The notes under the pieces were generated by a model, which worked only from the letters and a program-made list of their open reading frames with translations, had not been told where the DNA came from and did not search any database. Below, piece by piece: positions 52,915 through 64,000 of a stretch of 64,000 nucleotides of DNA (its first letter is position 1; every line of letters begins with the position of its first letter). Made by a program: the position numbers and the translations under genes. This stretch comes from Carcharhinus amblyrhynchos (taxonomy: Eukaryota): NCBI GenBank assembly GCA_965287045.1, contig OZ336882.1, positions 26,784,001 through 26,848,000 on the forward strand, written 5' to 3'.

Positions 52915-53562
52915 AGGCAAACTGGATATTGGCACTTATTGCAAGGGAAATGGAATATAGGGAAGTTTTATTGTAGTTGTTTCAGACATTGGTGAGGCGA
53001 CACTGTGCACAGTTTTGGTCTCCTAATTTGCAAAAAAAAAGGTATAATTATCTTAGAAGCAGTACAGAGAAGGTGGACTCAGCTCATTCCTGGGATGAAG
53101 GGTTTATCTTTGAAGAAAGGTTGAACAAGTTGGGCCTATACCCATTAGAGTTTAGAAGAATGAGAGGCGATCTTTCTGAATCATATTAAATCCAGAAGGG
53201 ATTGACAGGATAGATAATGGTAGGACACTTCTTTGCGTGGAGGAAACTAGAACAAGGGGATGCAGTTTAAGAACAAGATCTCCCTTTTAAGAATGCAATG
53301 AGGAGAAATGTTTCCTCTCAGAAAATCATTAGTGTGTGGAATTGTCTTCCCCAGAAGACAGGAGGTGGCTGAGGCATTGAATTTATGCATGACAGAGGTG
53401 GACAATAGTTTTGACAGACAAGGGAATCGAGGGTTATGAGGGAAAGACAGGAAAGTAAGGTTGAGACCACAGCTAGGTCAGCCATGATCTTATTGAATGA
53501 CACAGCAGGCTTGAGGGGCTGGATACCCTATTCCTGTTCCTAAGTTCTCTGTTCCTATGTGC
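52915..53562 (+). mobile_element. CR1 LINE 3' fragment
   Basis: [21 protein letters not shown] motif and CR1 3' UTR. Confidence 0.85.
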
Positions 53563-53689
53563 TATTTCTTTCCATTCAAGGATTTATCAAATTTTCTTTG
53601 AAAGCTTCTATTGAACTACCTTGTGCTACCCTTTCAGGTAATAATTCCAATTCATAACAACCAGCTGCATGAAATATCTGTTGGAAGAT

Positions 53690-55810
53690 AGATTGATGGC
53701 ACGGTAATTGGCTGGGTTGGATTTGTCCTGTTATTTGTGGACAGGACATATGTGGGCAATATTTCACATGGTCAGGTAGATGCCAGTACTGTTGTTGTAC
53801 TGGAACAGCTTGGCTAAGGGTATGGCACGTTCCGGACCACACGGTATCAGTATGAGTGCTGCAATGTTGTCAGGGCTCATAGTCTTTGCAGCATCCAGTG
53901 TTTTCAGTCATTTTTTGATGTCACGGGGAATGAATCGAACAGGTATCTGTGACACTGGGGACCTCAGGATGCCAAGATGGATCATCCACTCTGCACATCT
54001 GGCTCAAGGTGGCTGCAAATGATTCAGCCTTGACTTTTCTACTGATGTGCTGCACTCCCTCATCAATGATGATAGGGATAATTGCAAAGGCCTCCTCCTC
54101 CTCCTCCAGTGAGTTGTTTAATTGTCTACTGCCATAGACAACTGAATGTGACAGGACTGCAGAGCTGTGATCTGATCTGTTGGCTGAGAGATTGCTGAGC
54201 TCTGTCTATTACCTGCTGCGTATGCAGCCTCCAATGTTTTACATGAAAGTAGTCCTGTGTCGTAGCTTTACCATGTTGACGCTTCATTTTTAGGTCTGCC
54301 TGCTGTTGCCCTGCTGCACTCTTCATTTAGTAAGAAGTCTGACAACACCAGGTTTAAGTCCAACCGATTTATTTGATAGTAAACTCACAAGCTATTAAAT
54401 AAATTGGTTGGACTTAAACCTGGTGTTGTCAGACGTCTTACTGTGTTTACCCCAGTCCAACGCTGGCATCTCCACATCATGACTACTATCAGCACTTTTC
54501 ATTTAGCCTGATTTGACCTTAGGATTGGTGTTAATTGGGATTTGGGGGATTTGCCGGGCCATGAGGTTACAGATTGTGGTTGAGGATGATTCTGCTGCTG
54601 CTGGTGGTCCATAGTGCCTCATGGATGTCCGGTTTTGAGTTTCTAAATCTGTTTGATCCCATTTGCATGGTGGTAGTGCCACACAACACGATGGAGGGCA
54701 CCCTCAATGTGAAGATGGGACTTTGTCTCTACAAAGACTGTGTCCTGGTCACACCTATCAACATGGACAGATGCATCTGCAACAGGTAGATTGGTGAAGG
54801 GGAGGCCAAGTAGGATTTTCCCCATTGTAGGTTCCCTCACTGCATACCAGACTAGGAGCTATGTCCTTTAGGCCAGTTTGGTCAGTAGTGGCGCTACCCA
54901 GCCACACTTTGTGATGGACATTGAAATCCCCGAGCCAGAGTACATTCTGTGCTTTAGACACCCTCAGTGCTTCCCCCAAGTGGTGTTCAACTTGGACGAG
55001 TGCTGGTTTATTTGTAGAAAGGGGATGGTAGCTGGTAATCAGCAGGAGGGTTCATCGTCCATGTTTGACCTAATGCCATGAGACTTCATGCAGTCCAGAG
55101 TTGATGTTAAGAACACCCAGGGCAAATTCTTCCCACTGCTGTTTAACACCACACTGCCACCTCTGCTGATTTAATTTGATTTGATTTATCATTGTCACAT
55201 GTATTAGATTACAGTGAAAAGTATTGTTTCTTGCTCGCTATACAAAGCATAGTGTTCATCGAGGAGGAAATGAGAGAGTGCGGAATGTAGCATTACAGTC
55301 ATAGCTAGGATGCAGAGAAAGATCAACTTAATGTGAGGTAGGTCTATTCAAAAGTCTGATGACAGCAGGGAAGAAGCTCTTCTTGAGTCGATTGGTACAT
55401 GACCTCAGACTTTTGTATCTTTTTCCCGAAGGAAAATGGTGGAAGAGAGAACATCTGGAGTGCGTGGGGTCCTTAATTATGCTGGCTGCTTTGCTGAGGC
55501 GGGGGGAAGTGTAGACAGACTCAATGGATGGGAGGCTGGTTTGCGTGATGGATTGGGCTACATTCATGATCTTTTGCAGTTTCTTGTGCTCTTGGGCAGA
55601 GCAGGAGCTATACTGGACCTGTCCTATCGGCCGGACAGAACATACCCAGGAATGGTGATGGTGGTGTGTCAATGGGAGGGGTGGTTTGACTAGTCTGTGG
55701 GGCAGCTCTTCCAAATTTTGCACAAGCCCCAGATGTTAGTAAGGAGGAAGTTACAAGGTTGACAGCGCTGGATGTGCTGTTGTTTCTTTCCGGTGCCCAG
55801 GTCGATGCCG
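53690..55810 (-). mobile_element. Old CR1-clade LINE (family C), endonuclease region, with nested inserts
   Basis: AQNVLWLGDFNVHH APE-endonuclease motif; homologous to 32660-33835; interrupted by 54331-54491 and the Rex1 copy at 55168-55615. Confidence 0.8.
54331..54491 (+). mobile_element. Penelope-derived fold-back mini-element (family 1), hammerhead core absent
   Basis: About 50-bp inverted arms (54330-54379, 54392-54441) plus tail ccccagtccaacgctggcatctccacatcatg; TSD gcactYttcatttag (54316-54330, 54492-54506). Confidence 0.85.
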
Positions 55811-58459
55811 GATTATCTGTTTTGTTTCTTGGAATGTGAGCTGTTGTTGGAGTTGTGGCGACTTACTTTACTTCCTTTTATTTGCTTGTATGTATTTTTT
55901 TTGTGTAGATCATTGAACAGTTTGGTTAGTTTCATTCACCCTCCGGTTATTCAAAGTGTTTACAAATTAAATCTAATTTTGTTCCTGTGGAAGTATGATA
56001 TTTTTGCTGATGTAGTGAAGCTGGCTGAATATAAAAAGGCTGCTAGTGTATGCAATGTTATCATTTAAAGTGCATTCCTTATGGAAAAAAAGTAATTGTA
56101 AGGGGAAAAAAAACCATTTTTCCAAAAGCATTGTTTTTGTTGTGTTCATTGCCTATTTTGAACTATTATTGAACATGCCAAGTCATTTCGAAACACAAAA
56201 GGCAAATTGACAATTTGAAAACTGCATTAAATACATTCACACATCATTATTATAATCGAGAGGCGAAGGGAAACATTCAAAGGTTTTTTAAATGATGTGG
56301 TACTGGAGGTTAATGATCATCTTTGACCTTGAGAATGAAAGATATAAGGCTGACAGCGTTATGGCTGTCACTCAAAATCTTGTTACATTATTCTTCATCC
56401 AATTCCCCGTAACTAGTATTTTTTTATGAGGCGTATCAAATTCAGGAAACAATAGCTTTCAACTTTCAGTTTTCAGTGTTGTTATATCGATGATACAATT
56501 CAATTTGAATGAGAAGTTATGTCTAACCTAAACTATTTGGAGGTCAGAGGTCATATTTTCCTGGGTCTCCTCGAGGCATTTTATTGTGTGAAAGGCACTA
56601 TAAGTTGTTGTTGCTATAGTGCAGTATAATCTTTTTTACAGAATATTGCAATCACTATTTCCACCCAGAGAAGACTGTGGAACTTATTTCTGAATGCCCA
56701 AACTATCTCTTATGTCTTTTCTCCAATCCATTAGGCTCCTCGAGTCAATTCATGCTTTAGGGTACAGCTATGTAAGGATATTCCACAAGATTGCGGCCAA
56801 TGTGTGTACACACTCATTCCTTCTGGCCCTCAGGTCAAATCACCGCCAGTCAGCTCTCTCCCTCAAAGTGGAGAGCAGCCTATGGTCATCTGGATCAATG
56901 GCGCTTTTACCGTTATGGAAATCAAATACAGTTCTAAAGAACAGCTTGTACGTTCAGTGGTGAATTTTCCAGCCCTTTGATGTTGGACTGGGAGGTGAGA
57001 AGGCTGGTAATATAATGGGGGAACAGAGCCTGATATCTGCCCATCACTAAGGTAATTTATCAGTGGCAGGAACCTTAGCAATGTGGATGCCCATTGGGTG
57101 GTCCAGTGAGCTACTTAACCCAATTAAGGGCCACTTACCACCCTGCCAGCACCTTGCACATGTTGGTAGAACCCACCACCTGGTAAACCTATGAGGCCTC
57201 TAAAGTTAAAGTTTATTATTAGTCACAAGAAGGCTTACATTAACACTGCAATTAAGTTACTGCGAAAATCCCCTAGTCGCCACACTCCGGTGCCTGTTCA
57301 GGTGCACTGAGGGAGAATTTAGCATGACCAATGCACCTAAAGAGCACGTCTTTTGGACTGTGAGAGGAAACTGGAGCACCTGGAGGAAACTTACGCAGAC
57401 ACAGGGAGAACGTGCAGACTCCGTGCAGACAGTCACCCAAGCTGGGAATTGAACCCGTGTACCTGGTGCTGTGAGATAGCAGCGCTGACTACTGTGCCAC
57501 CGTGTCACTCAAGGGTTTCCAGGTAGAGCCCCCCCTTCTGTTTGCACCAGGGCCCTTGGCAACAATGTCTTGCCTTATGGCTGCATGCTGCCACTTGAAG
57601 GTGCCCTTCCTATCCTGCGTTCAATTACTGGGCATGTCTGCCTGGTCCTGGCTCATTAAAACAAGCCTAGCTGTCTTCCAGGCACTTTGGCACTGGACCT
57701 CCCTCTCCTCCCACTTACAATCTCAGTAGTGGCTACTGCAGCAGTGATACTCAATTGGACAGTGACCCAAATGGTAACCCGTTAATTGGCCACCATTGGT
57801 AAATGCCACCTCAGGGTTCCACTGGTACTGGTCGTTAGTCCTTGGGTCCGGTCACAAAAATTCTTAGAACGAGACACCTCTATATATTCAAACCACAAAT
57901 CCTGACAGCGGTCACATCATTTATTTTTTTAACCTCATGCAGCAACAGATCAAAAGAGCAAGCAATCCAACTGTGAAGATCTGAAATTGATTTTCACTGC
58001 GGAAACAAATTCCAGCCTTGTTAAAATCAATGGCGTTGCTTCTGTCCACCGACTCAGTTAATCTCCCAGGCACAGCATTATTCAGGCCATCAGAGGGATT
58101 ATGGATTTAAACCTACTCCATTACCACATTTACCCACTTTGGTTGCCATTAGTAATTGTGGAAGATTCACTCACATACGGCTTAATGCAGTTAATATATT
58201 AGGATGTTGCTGGGTGAGTTCAGATTTTAATTCTTTTCGCTTTAACAGTCAAATGCACCGATGGTGCTACAGGAATTACTGCACAGTTCATCAATTTCAT
58301 ATTGAGGCTTAAATCCAGAATTCTCTGCTTGAAGCGTGTTTGAATACAAACTACCTTGGTCACCCTGTGCTGTAAAAGAATATAAGCTGCTGAACTCCGA
58401 ATATGGACATTGATAGGGAGCACACTCACTCAGGGTGTTCGCTGTCTCATATCCTATGA

Positions 58460-58892
58460 CCAGAAGGAGAAATTGATTGAATAAACTAGGGTTGTTTTCA
58501 CTGGAAAGACGGGGGCTGAGGGAAGACCTGATAGAGATCTATTAAATTATGAGGGGTATAGACAGGGTGGACAATCAAAGGCTTTCTCCCAGGGTGGAAG
58601 TGTCAATTATAAGGGAGCACAGGTTCAAGGTGCGAGGGGGAAAGTTTAAGGGAGATGCACGGGGGAAGTTTTTCATGCAGAGAATAGTGGGTGCCTCGAA
58701 TGCACTGCCAGAGGAGGTGGTGGAAGCAGGCATATTCGCAACATTTAAGATGCATCTGGATAGATACACGAATAGGGAGGGAATAGAGGGATATGAAATG
58801 AGTAACGGCAGGTTTTTTTCAGTTTAGCTAGGGCATCATGATCAGCATGGGCTTGGAGGCCTGAAAGGCCTGTTCCTGTGCTGTACATTTCT
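58460..58892 (+). mobile_element. CR1 LINE 3' fragment
   Basis: MRGIDRVD...HRFKVRGGKFKGD.RGKFFMQRIV...NALPEEVVEA; tail shared with 21745-21945. Confidence 0.87.
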
Positions 58893-59020
58893 CATTGACT
58901 CACTCGCCTGATGAAGGAGCAGTGTTCCGAAAGCTCGTGCTAAAGCTGTTGGACTTTAACCTGGCATTGTGAGACTTCTTACTGTTCCTATCCCAGTCCA
59001 ACACTGGCATCTCTACAACA
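58893..59020 (+). mobile_element. Penelope-derived short element (family 1) inserted in the CR1 tail
   Basis: TSD tgtacRtttct (58882-58892, 59021-59031); hammerhead motif followed by gttggactttaacctggc...ccagtccaacactggcatctc tail. Confidence 0.82.
58905..58939 (+). ncRNA. Minimal type I hammerhead ribozyme motif
   Basis: CGC-CUGAUGA-A-GGAGC agu GUUCC-GAAA-GC-UC-GUG: conserved core, stem II, palindromic AGCU helix III, UH site, 3-bp stem I. Confidence 0.72.
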
Positions 59021-59295
59021 TGTACGTTTCTTTGTTCTTTATCTTTATTGAAATGTTGGAATATCAGGAGCAGGGGGTTGGAGGACGGAGGGGGTGTTGC
59101 AGAATGAAGCCAATGGATGTCCAGGATTTTAAGATTGGCTATGGAGAGACAGAGGGACAAGTATCAGGCACCCTGATGTGACCTGCGCTGTATCACACAT
59201 GTCTTCATTCACAACAACGCTAAAAGGAGTGGGGAATGACAATGATGGGACACATTCCAAAACAGCGATGGGAGAAAATGCTGAAATTTAGATCG

Positions 59296-59508
59296 TAAAA
59301 AGTCTGACAACACCAGGTTTTAGTCCAACCTATTTATTTGATAATATTCTCACTAGCTTTCGAGGGGACAGCCTCTTCGTCAGGTGAATGGAGAGTTCCC
59401 CTCGAAAGCTAGTGAGAATATTATCAAATAAATAGGTTGGACTAAAACCTGGTGTTGTCAGACTTTTTACTGTGTTTACACCAGTCCAACGCCGGCATAC
59501 CCACATCA
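59296..59508 (+). mobile_element. Young Penelope-derived fold-back mini-element (family 1)
   Basis: Perfect 74-bp inverted repeat (59295-59368, 59397-59470), family tail, perfect 14-bp TSD tgaaatttagatcg (59282-59295, 59509-59522). Confidence 0.9.
59351..59386 (-). ncRNA. Minimal type I hammerhead ribozyme motif
   Basis: Reverse complement CAC-CUGACGA-A-GAGG cugucc CCUC-GAAA-GC-UA-GUG: intact core, 4-bp stem II, AGCU palindrome, CAC/GUG stem I. Confidence 0.75.
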
Positions 59509-62500
59509 TGAAATTTAGATCGACAGGAGTTTCCTAAAGCACAGTTAACAGTCTGGATTTGATTTCGTCACAAAGTAAAGGGTTTTTTTTTAAATTCACT
59601 GGCTTCAGCAACAAACTATTATTGTGTAAAATCCTTGCTACTTTCTTGCAGTAGCTCAAAGGCAGGAATGGTGGGAGGATTTTTTAAATAGTACAATTAT
59701 CTCTGAGATGAAAAGAACATTAAATGATACATAAAAATAGCCATATAAAAGGAAAATGAGACATACAGCACTTGCTGATGTATGCAGAATTTATAATAAA
59801 ACAGAGGACAAACAGATCACCGATGATTGCGGAGTTAATCATTATTGCTCATGACGATGATTCTCTGAACATGTGAAGCAGAGGCAGAGATGGGGCGAGG
59901 GGAAGAAGCAAGTTTGTTTGATTGTTTTAGGTGAGAATTGGCAGAGACACGATGGCTGGGATTTTATGACCTTGCTTGGGCGAGACTCGTAGAATCCCAT
60001 CCGAGGCCAACAGAGAATTCCATCCTGCGAGCCTCGTCCGCCCCAATTCTGGGGTGGGCCTGCCAGTAAAATAGCTTCCTTTTGTACTGTAAGCTTCAAT
60101 GGCTCTTACTTATTCTGGTGAGGTGACAACAACAATGGCAAGAATTGACATTTACATGGTGCCGTTAGCATAGAAAACGTCCCATGGCAGGTTACAGAGG
60201 CATGATCCGAGAAGATGGACACTAAACCAAAGCAGAAGGTTATTAGAAGTGGTGACAAAGTTGGTTTATAAAGTGTCCTAAAGAAGGAAAAGAAAGTGAT
60301 AGTGACGAGGCAGACGAGTTTTCCTTTCATATTTCAAATGGTGTGAGTTGGTGGTGGGGGGGTTGGGGGGGGGTGGTGGGTGGGGGGGCACGCATTGACT
60401 GAAAACATGGCCATCAAAAAGGCAGCAAAAATGAGGATGCGCAAGTAAGTCAAACCTGGAGGAAGAGAGAGTTTGCAATGGAGGGTTCTAGGGATAGATT
60501 AAGTAACAGTGACAGGGAAGAGTGAGACCGTGAAGAAATTTAAGTGCAGTAATGATATTTTTAGATCGGAAATTGGACTATCTTTGGACTGTGGGAGGAA
60601 ACTGGAGCACCCGGAAGAAACCCACGCAGACATGGGGAGAACATGCAAAGTCCTCGCAGACCTGGACCCGAGCCGGGTATTGAACCTGGGTTCCAGCGGT
60701 GCTAACCACTGTGCTGCCCTAAATAAATACAGAATTTTACTGTTGATGCACCTCCAGCTTTGTCCTTTTCTGGAGTTCAGCAATCCCGGGCAGCACAGTA
60801 GCATAGTGATTAGCACTGCTGCTTCACAGCTCCAGGGACCTGGGTTCGATTCCCAGCTCGGGTCACTGTCTGTGTGGAGTTTGCACATTCTCCTTGTGTC
60901 TGCATGGGTTTCCTCTGGGTGCACTGGTTTCCTCCCACAGTCCAAAGATGTGCAGTTAGATTGATTGGCTATGCTAAAATTGCCCCTTAGTGTCCTAGGA
61001 TGGTTAGGTTAGGCGGATTAGCGGGTAAAATATGTAGGGATATGGGGCCTGGGTGGGATTGTGGTCGGTGCAGACTTGATGGGCCGAAGGGCCTCTTTCT
61101 GCACTGTAGGGTTCAATGAAATAATGGAGACCTGCACTTGGTTTGCCATAGAAGATGGACAGCAAACACTTGCATGACCTCTAGGTTATGGAGGATGACA
61201 AATGGGAGAGCAGACAGAGGAGCAATCTGAGCATTCAAGGAATAATTATGCATTGCTTGAACTTTGTTTTCCTCAGTTTAGCTGAGTCGCTCAAACAGAT
61301 TTATATATTACGAAAATGAGTGCACTTCATCGCTTTCCAAACTTGGAATAAACACAACAGAATGTTCTGTCAAGTCAGGCTCTGGTTGCCAACTTGCAAA
61401 GGCTACACTCAAATTGTGCAGGCAGTTGAGCAAACAAAGTCACAATGTTCAATCAACCCAGAGAATCAAAGACATGAGCTGTGAGGAAAGTTTTAAAAGG
61501 CACCTGAGTTATCTTACAGAAGTGATTGAGGCAGACAAAGAAATAACAATGGTAAACGTGTATGTCTGCCTGTTGACTGAAATATATTCAGCAACCAGGC
61601 CCAACCAATCACTCTCTCCTCGTAATCCATCCATATCCCGGACCTTTCTCTGTACTGCCTTCAATGTCGGAATATTTTTCCTGAGAAACCATTTACAGTA
61701 TTCCATGTACAGTCTAACTAGTGCTTATATTTTTATGCTCCATTCCCTTTGAAATGAAGGCCAACTTTCCATTTCCCTTCCATTTTATATACATTGCATC
61801 AACTGGATTCTCTTATCTATCCTGTTCACTATCACCTCAAAGAATTCTAATAAAATTGTCAAGCATGATTTCCCCTTCATGATGTCAGGCTGACTCTGTG
61901 TTTATTTGACACATCTGTCAGTGTCTGGCTAAATTGTTATCAGAGGATCCTACAGTGCAGAAGGAGGCCATATGGCCCATCGGTCTGCACCAAACACAAT
62001 CCCATCCAGACCCCATCCCCATAACCCAATGTATTTAACCTAGGTAGTCACCCGCCACGAGGGAGCAATTTATCATGGCTAATCCACCTAACCTGCATAT
62101 CTTTGGACTGTGGGAAGAAACTGGAGCACCTGGAGGAAACCCACGCAGACATGGGGAGAACATGCAAATTCCACGCAGACATGGACCCAAGCTGGGAGTT
62201 GACCCTGGGTTCCAGTGGTGCTAACCACTGTGCCACCCTAAATAAATACAGAATTTTAATGTTGATGCACCTCCAACTTTGTCCTTTTCTGGAGTTCAGC
62301 AATCCTGTCCAGCTGAGCAGAGCAAGGACAGTATTATGTCCTCTTTCCGCCAAACTCTTCACAGCTGTTTCTGTGACCATTGTCTTCTTGTGCTCAGGTG
62401 TAAGGTCGGCATCCCGAACTCCTGAAATGGACCCACTGAAGTGAGAATATCTGATAGATATAGACATTTGATAGGTGGAGGAATAGGGGACTATGGGGAG

Positions 62501-62859
62501 ATGGCACAGAGAAGGAGCTGAGGTCAGCATAGATCAGCCATGATCATATCTATTGGTGAGGCAGATTTGAAGGGCCTGCTGGCCTACTCCTGCCTCTATT
62601 TCTTGTGTCGTTGTGATAAATATTTGCACTGGCACATGGTTGTAGGTTTATGATAGTTTTCTGAAGGAATGAGATCCTTTGAGGAATCATCTTCATGGCT
62701 GTCCTCTGATTTTGGATGATAAAGGAAAGCAATATGATTTAGCCATGGCAAAACCACAATCTTGGCTATATTCAGACTTCTCATGGTTCAATCGCTGGTA
62801 CAATTAAATTAGAATATGTGAGTCAGGGATATTTGTAATTCTGTCTCCAGCTGTCCGTG

Positions 62860-62990
62860 AATTTCTCATTTTTCTATCTCCAACTGCCGCTTATCTACAG
62901 GATCTATTTCTCTCAGATAAACTGTTTGTGGTGGCCCACCTCCCATCCTGGTCCTCTTCCTTGCACTCTTTTCTACTACAGACTTGGAGT
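62860..62990 (-). mobile_element. Possible PIF/Harbinger Myb/SANT-gene remnant
   Basis: EKSARKRTRMGGGPPQTVYL resembles the EK..HN.RE...TGGGPP motif of Harbinger Myb-like proteins. Confidence 0.4.
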
Positions 62991-64000
62991 GCATGAAGAT
63001 TTGCTTTACACCCATTGGGTACAGCCCATTGAGTGAAGCTGACTGTGAGGCACATGCATCACAACACAAAAGGATTATAAAAGGCTTGAGGTGGATGATG
63101 GATAAATGAGAAGGTTAGGAAGTGAAGACTGGATGGAAGGTGAGTGTAAGGAATGATGAGATGGAGAATACTGAACACGGAATTAAAGTGCTTTATGTAT
63201 CATTCACGCTGTACCCTTTCAATAAAATGTGTGGACTGTCCCTTTAAATGGAGCTGGGATCTTGCTATGCAAGTGCTTGGAGACACAAAATCTGAAAGTC
63301 AAAGTTTATTGGTACAGTTGAGTTGAGGTCACAGATTTCCATCTATTCTGTTGACTTAAAAGATTCCCCCACACAATTCCAACCCTTCCACCTAGAAGCT
63401 ACTTTCTAATATTGGGATCAATGATTCCAGGCCAGTCTCTGCGGAGTTCCTAACAAACTAGGATCCTAAACTATAACATTGTGAATCTTTCAACAAACAA
63501 TCAGGTGCCAAGTGAGGGAAACTTTAGGTTCTTTCTGGATGCAGATTAAGATGGGACAAATTACATTCCTCATCAGTAACTGTAATCTTGAAAACATGCA
63601 CTGCTTGCACTCAGCAGGGACTGTTATTCCTATGGTCTAAGTTGGATTTGAACTCAGGGAGTACAATTTTAAGGTCATTGCACAAGCCCACCACTTTATA
63701 TGGCCTGCTAGCTCAATAAGAAATTAATGACAACTGAGCTACTAATGTGCAAGATAGCCAACAACAAACCCTTTTCCTTTGATGAGTATTATGTTGCAGC
63801 AGTTTAAGAGTTTTCTCATTGCAATCTACAGCAGCTGAAATGAAGCATTTCATGAATTGGATAATCACGTGTACAACAAGGATATATAATTCAGACGACA
63901 CATTCATTACCCAAATTGTGGTGAGCCTGCAGAATTCATTGTCACAGAAGTGAAGCTAAAACATTGAGTATATTCAAGAGGCAGCTAGATATATCACTTG

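Noticed and set aside
59295-59470. Hairpin as a microRNA gene
   Set aside because: Perfect stem, TSD and dispersed relatives indicate a mobile element; no expression evidence.
60352-60389. G-rich tracts (also 170-203 and 28786-28812) as functional G-quadruplexes
   Set aside because: Simple G-runs are common here and nothing indicates function.
62048-62530. ORFs of 113-160 aa at 60499-60964 and 62048-62530
   Set aside because: Chance frames through SINEs and the local duplication.

Overview
Vertebrate genomic DNA, almost certainly a shark, judged from the HE1/V-SINE, CR1, Rex1/Babar and Penelope-type repeat content. The only host-gene signal is four consecutive minus-strand coding exons (12662-12496, 8842-8722, 3836-3675, 881-747) with canonical GT-AG sites. 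They splice in frame into the two Ig-like domains of a follistatin-like protein, best matching FSTL4. The rest (about 12.7-64 kb) appears to be one very large intron packed with nested retroelements. Most interesting signals: (1) very short Penelope-derived insertions carrying minimal hammerhead ribozyme motifs, the best being a 213-bp element at 59296-59508 with a perfect 74-bp inverted repeat, an intact hammerhead core and a perfect 14-bp target-site duplication; (2) a second, older hammerhead-bearing family with the same fold-back layout; (3) six short-range direct or inverted duplications (54-600 bp) that no transposon explains; (4) SINE/LINE tail sharing, including one SINE head with two alternative tails. 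Repeat boundaries are by eye unless TSDs are quoted; no database searches were run.
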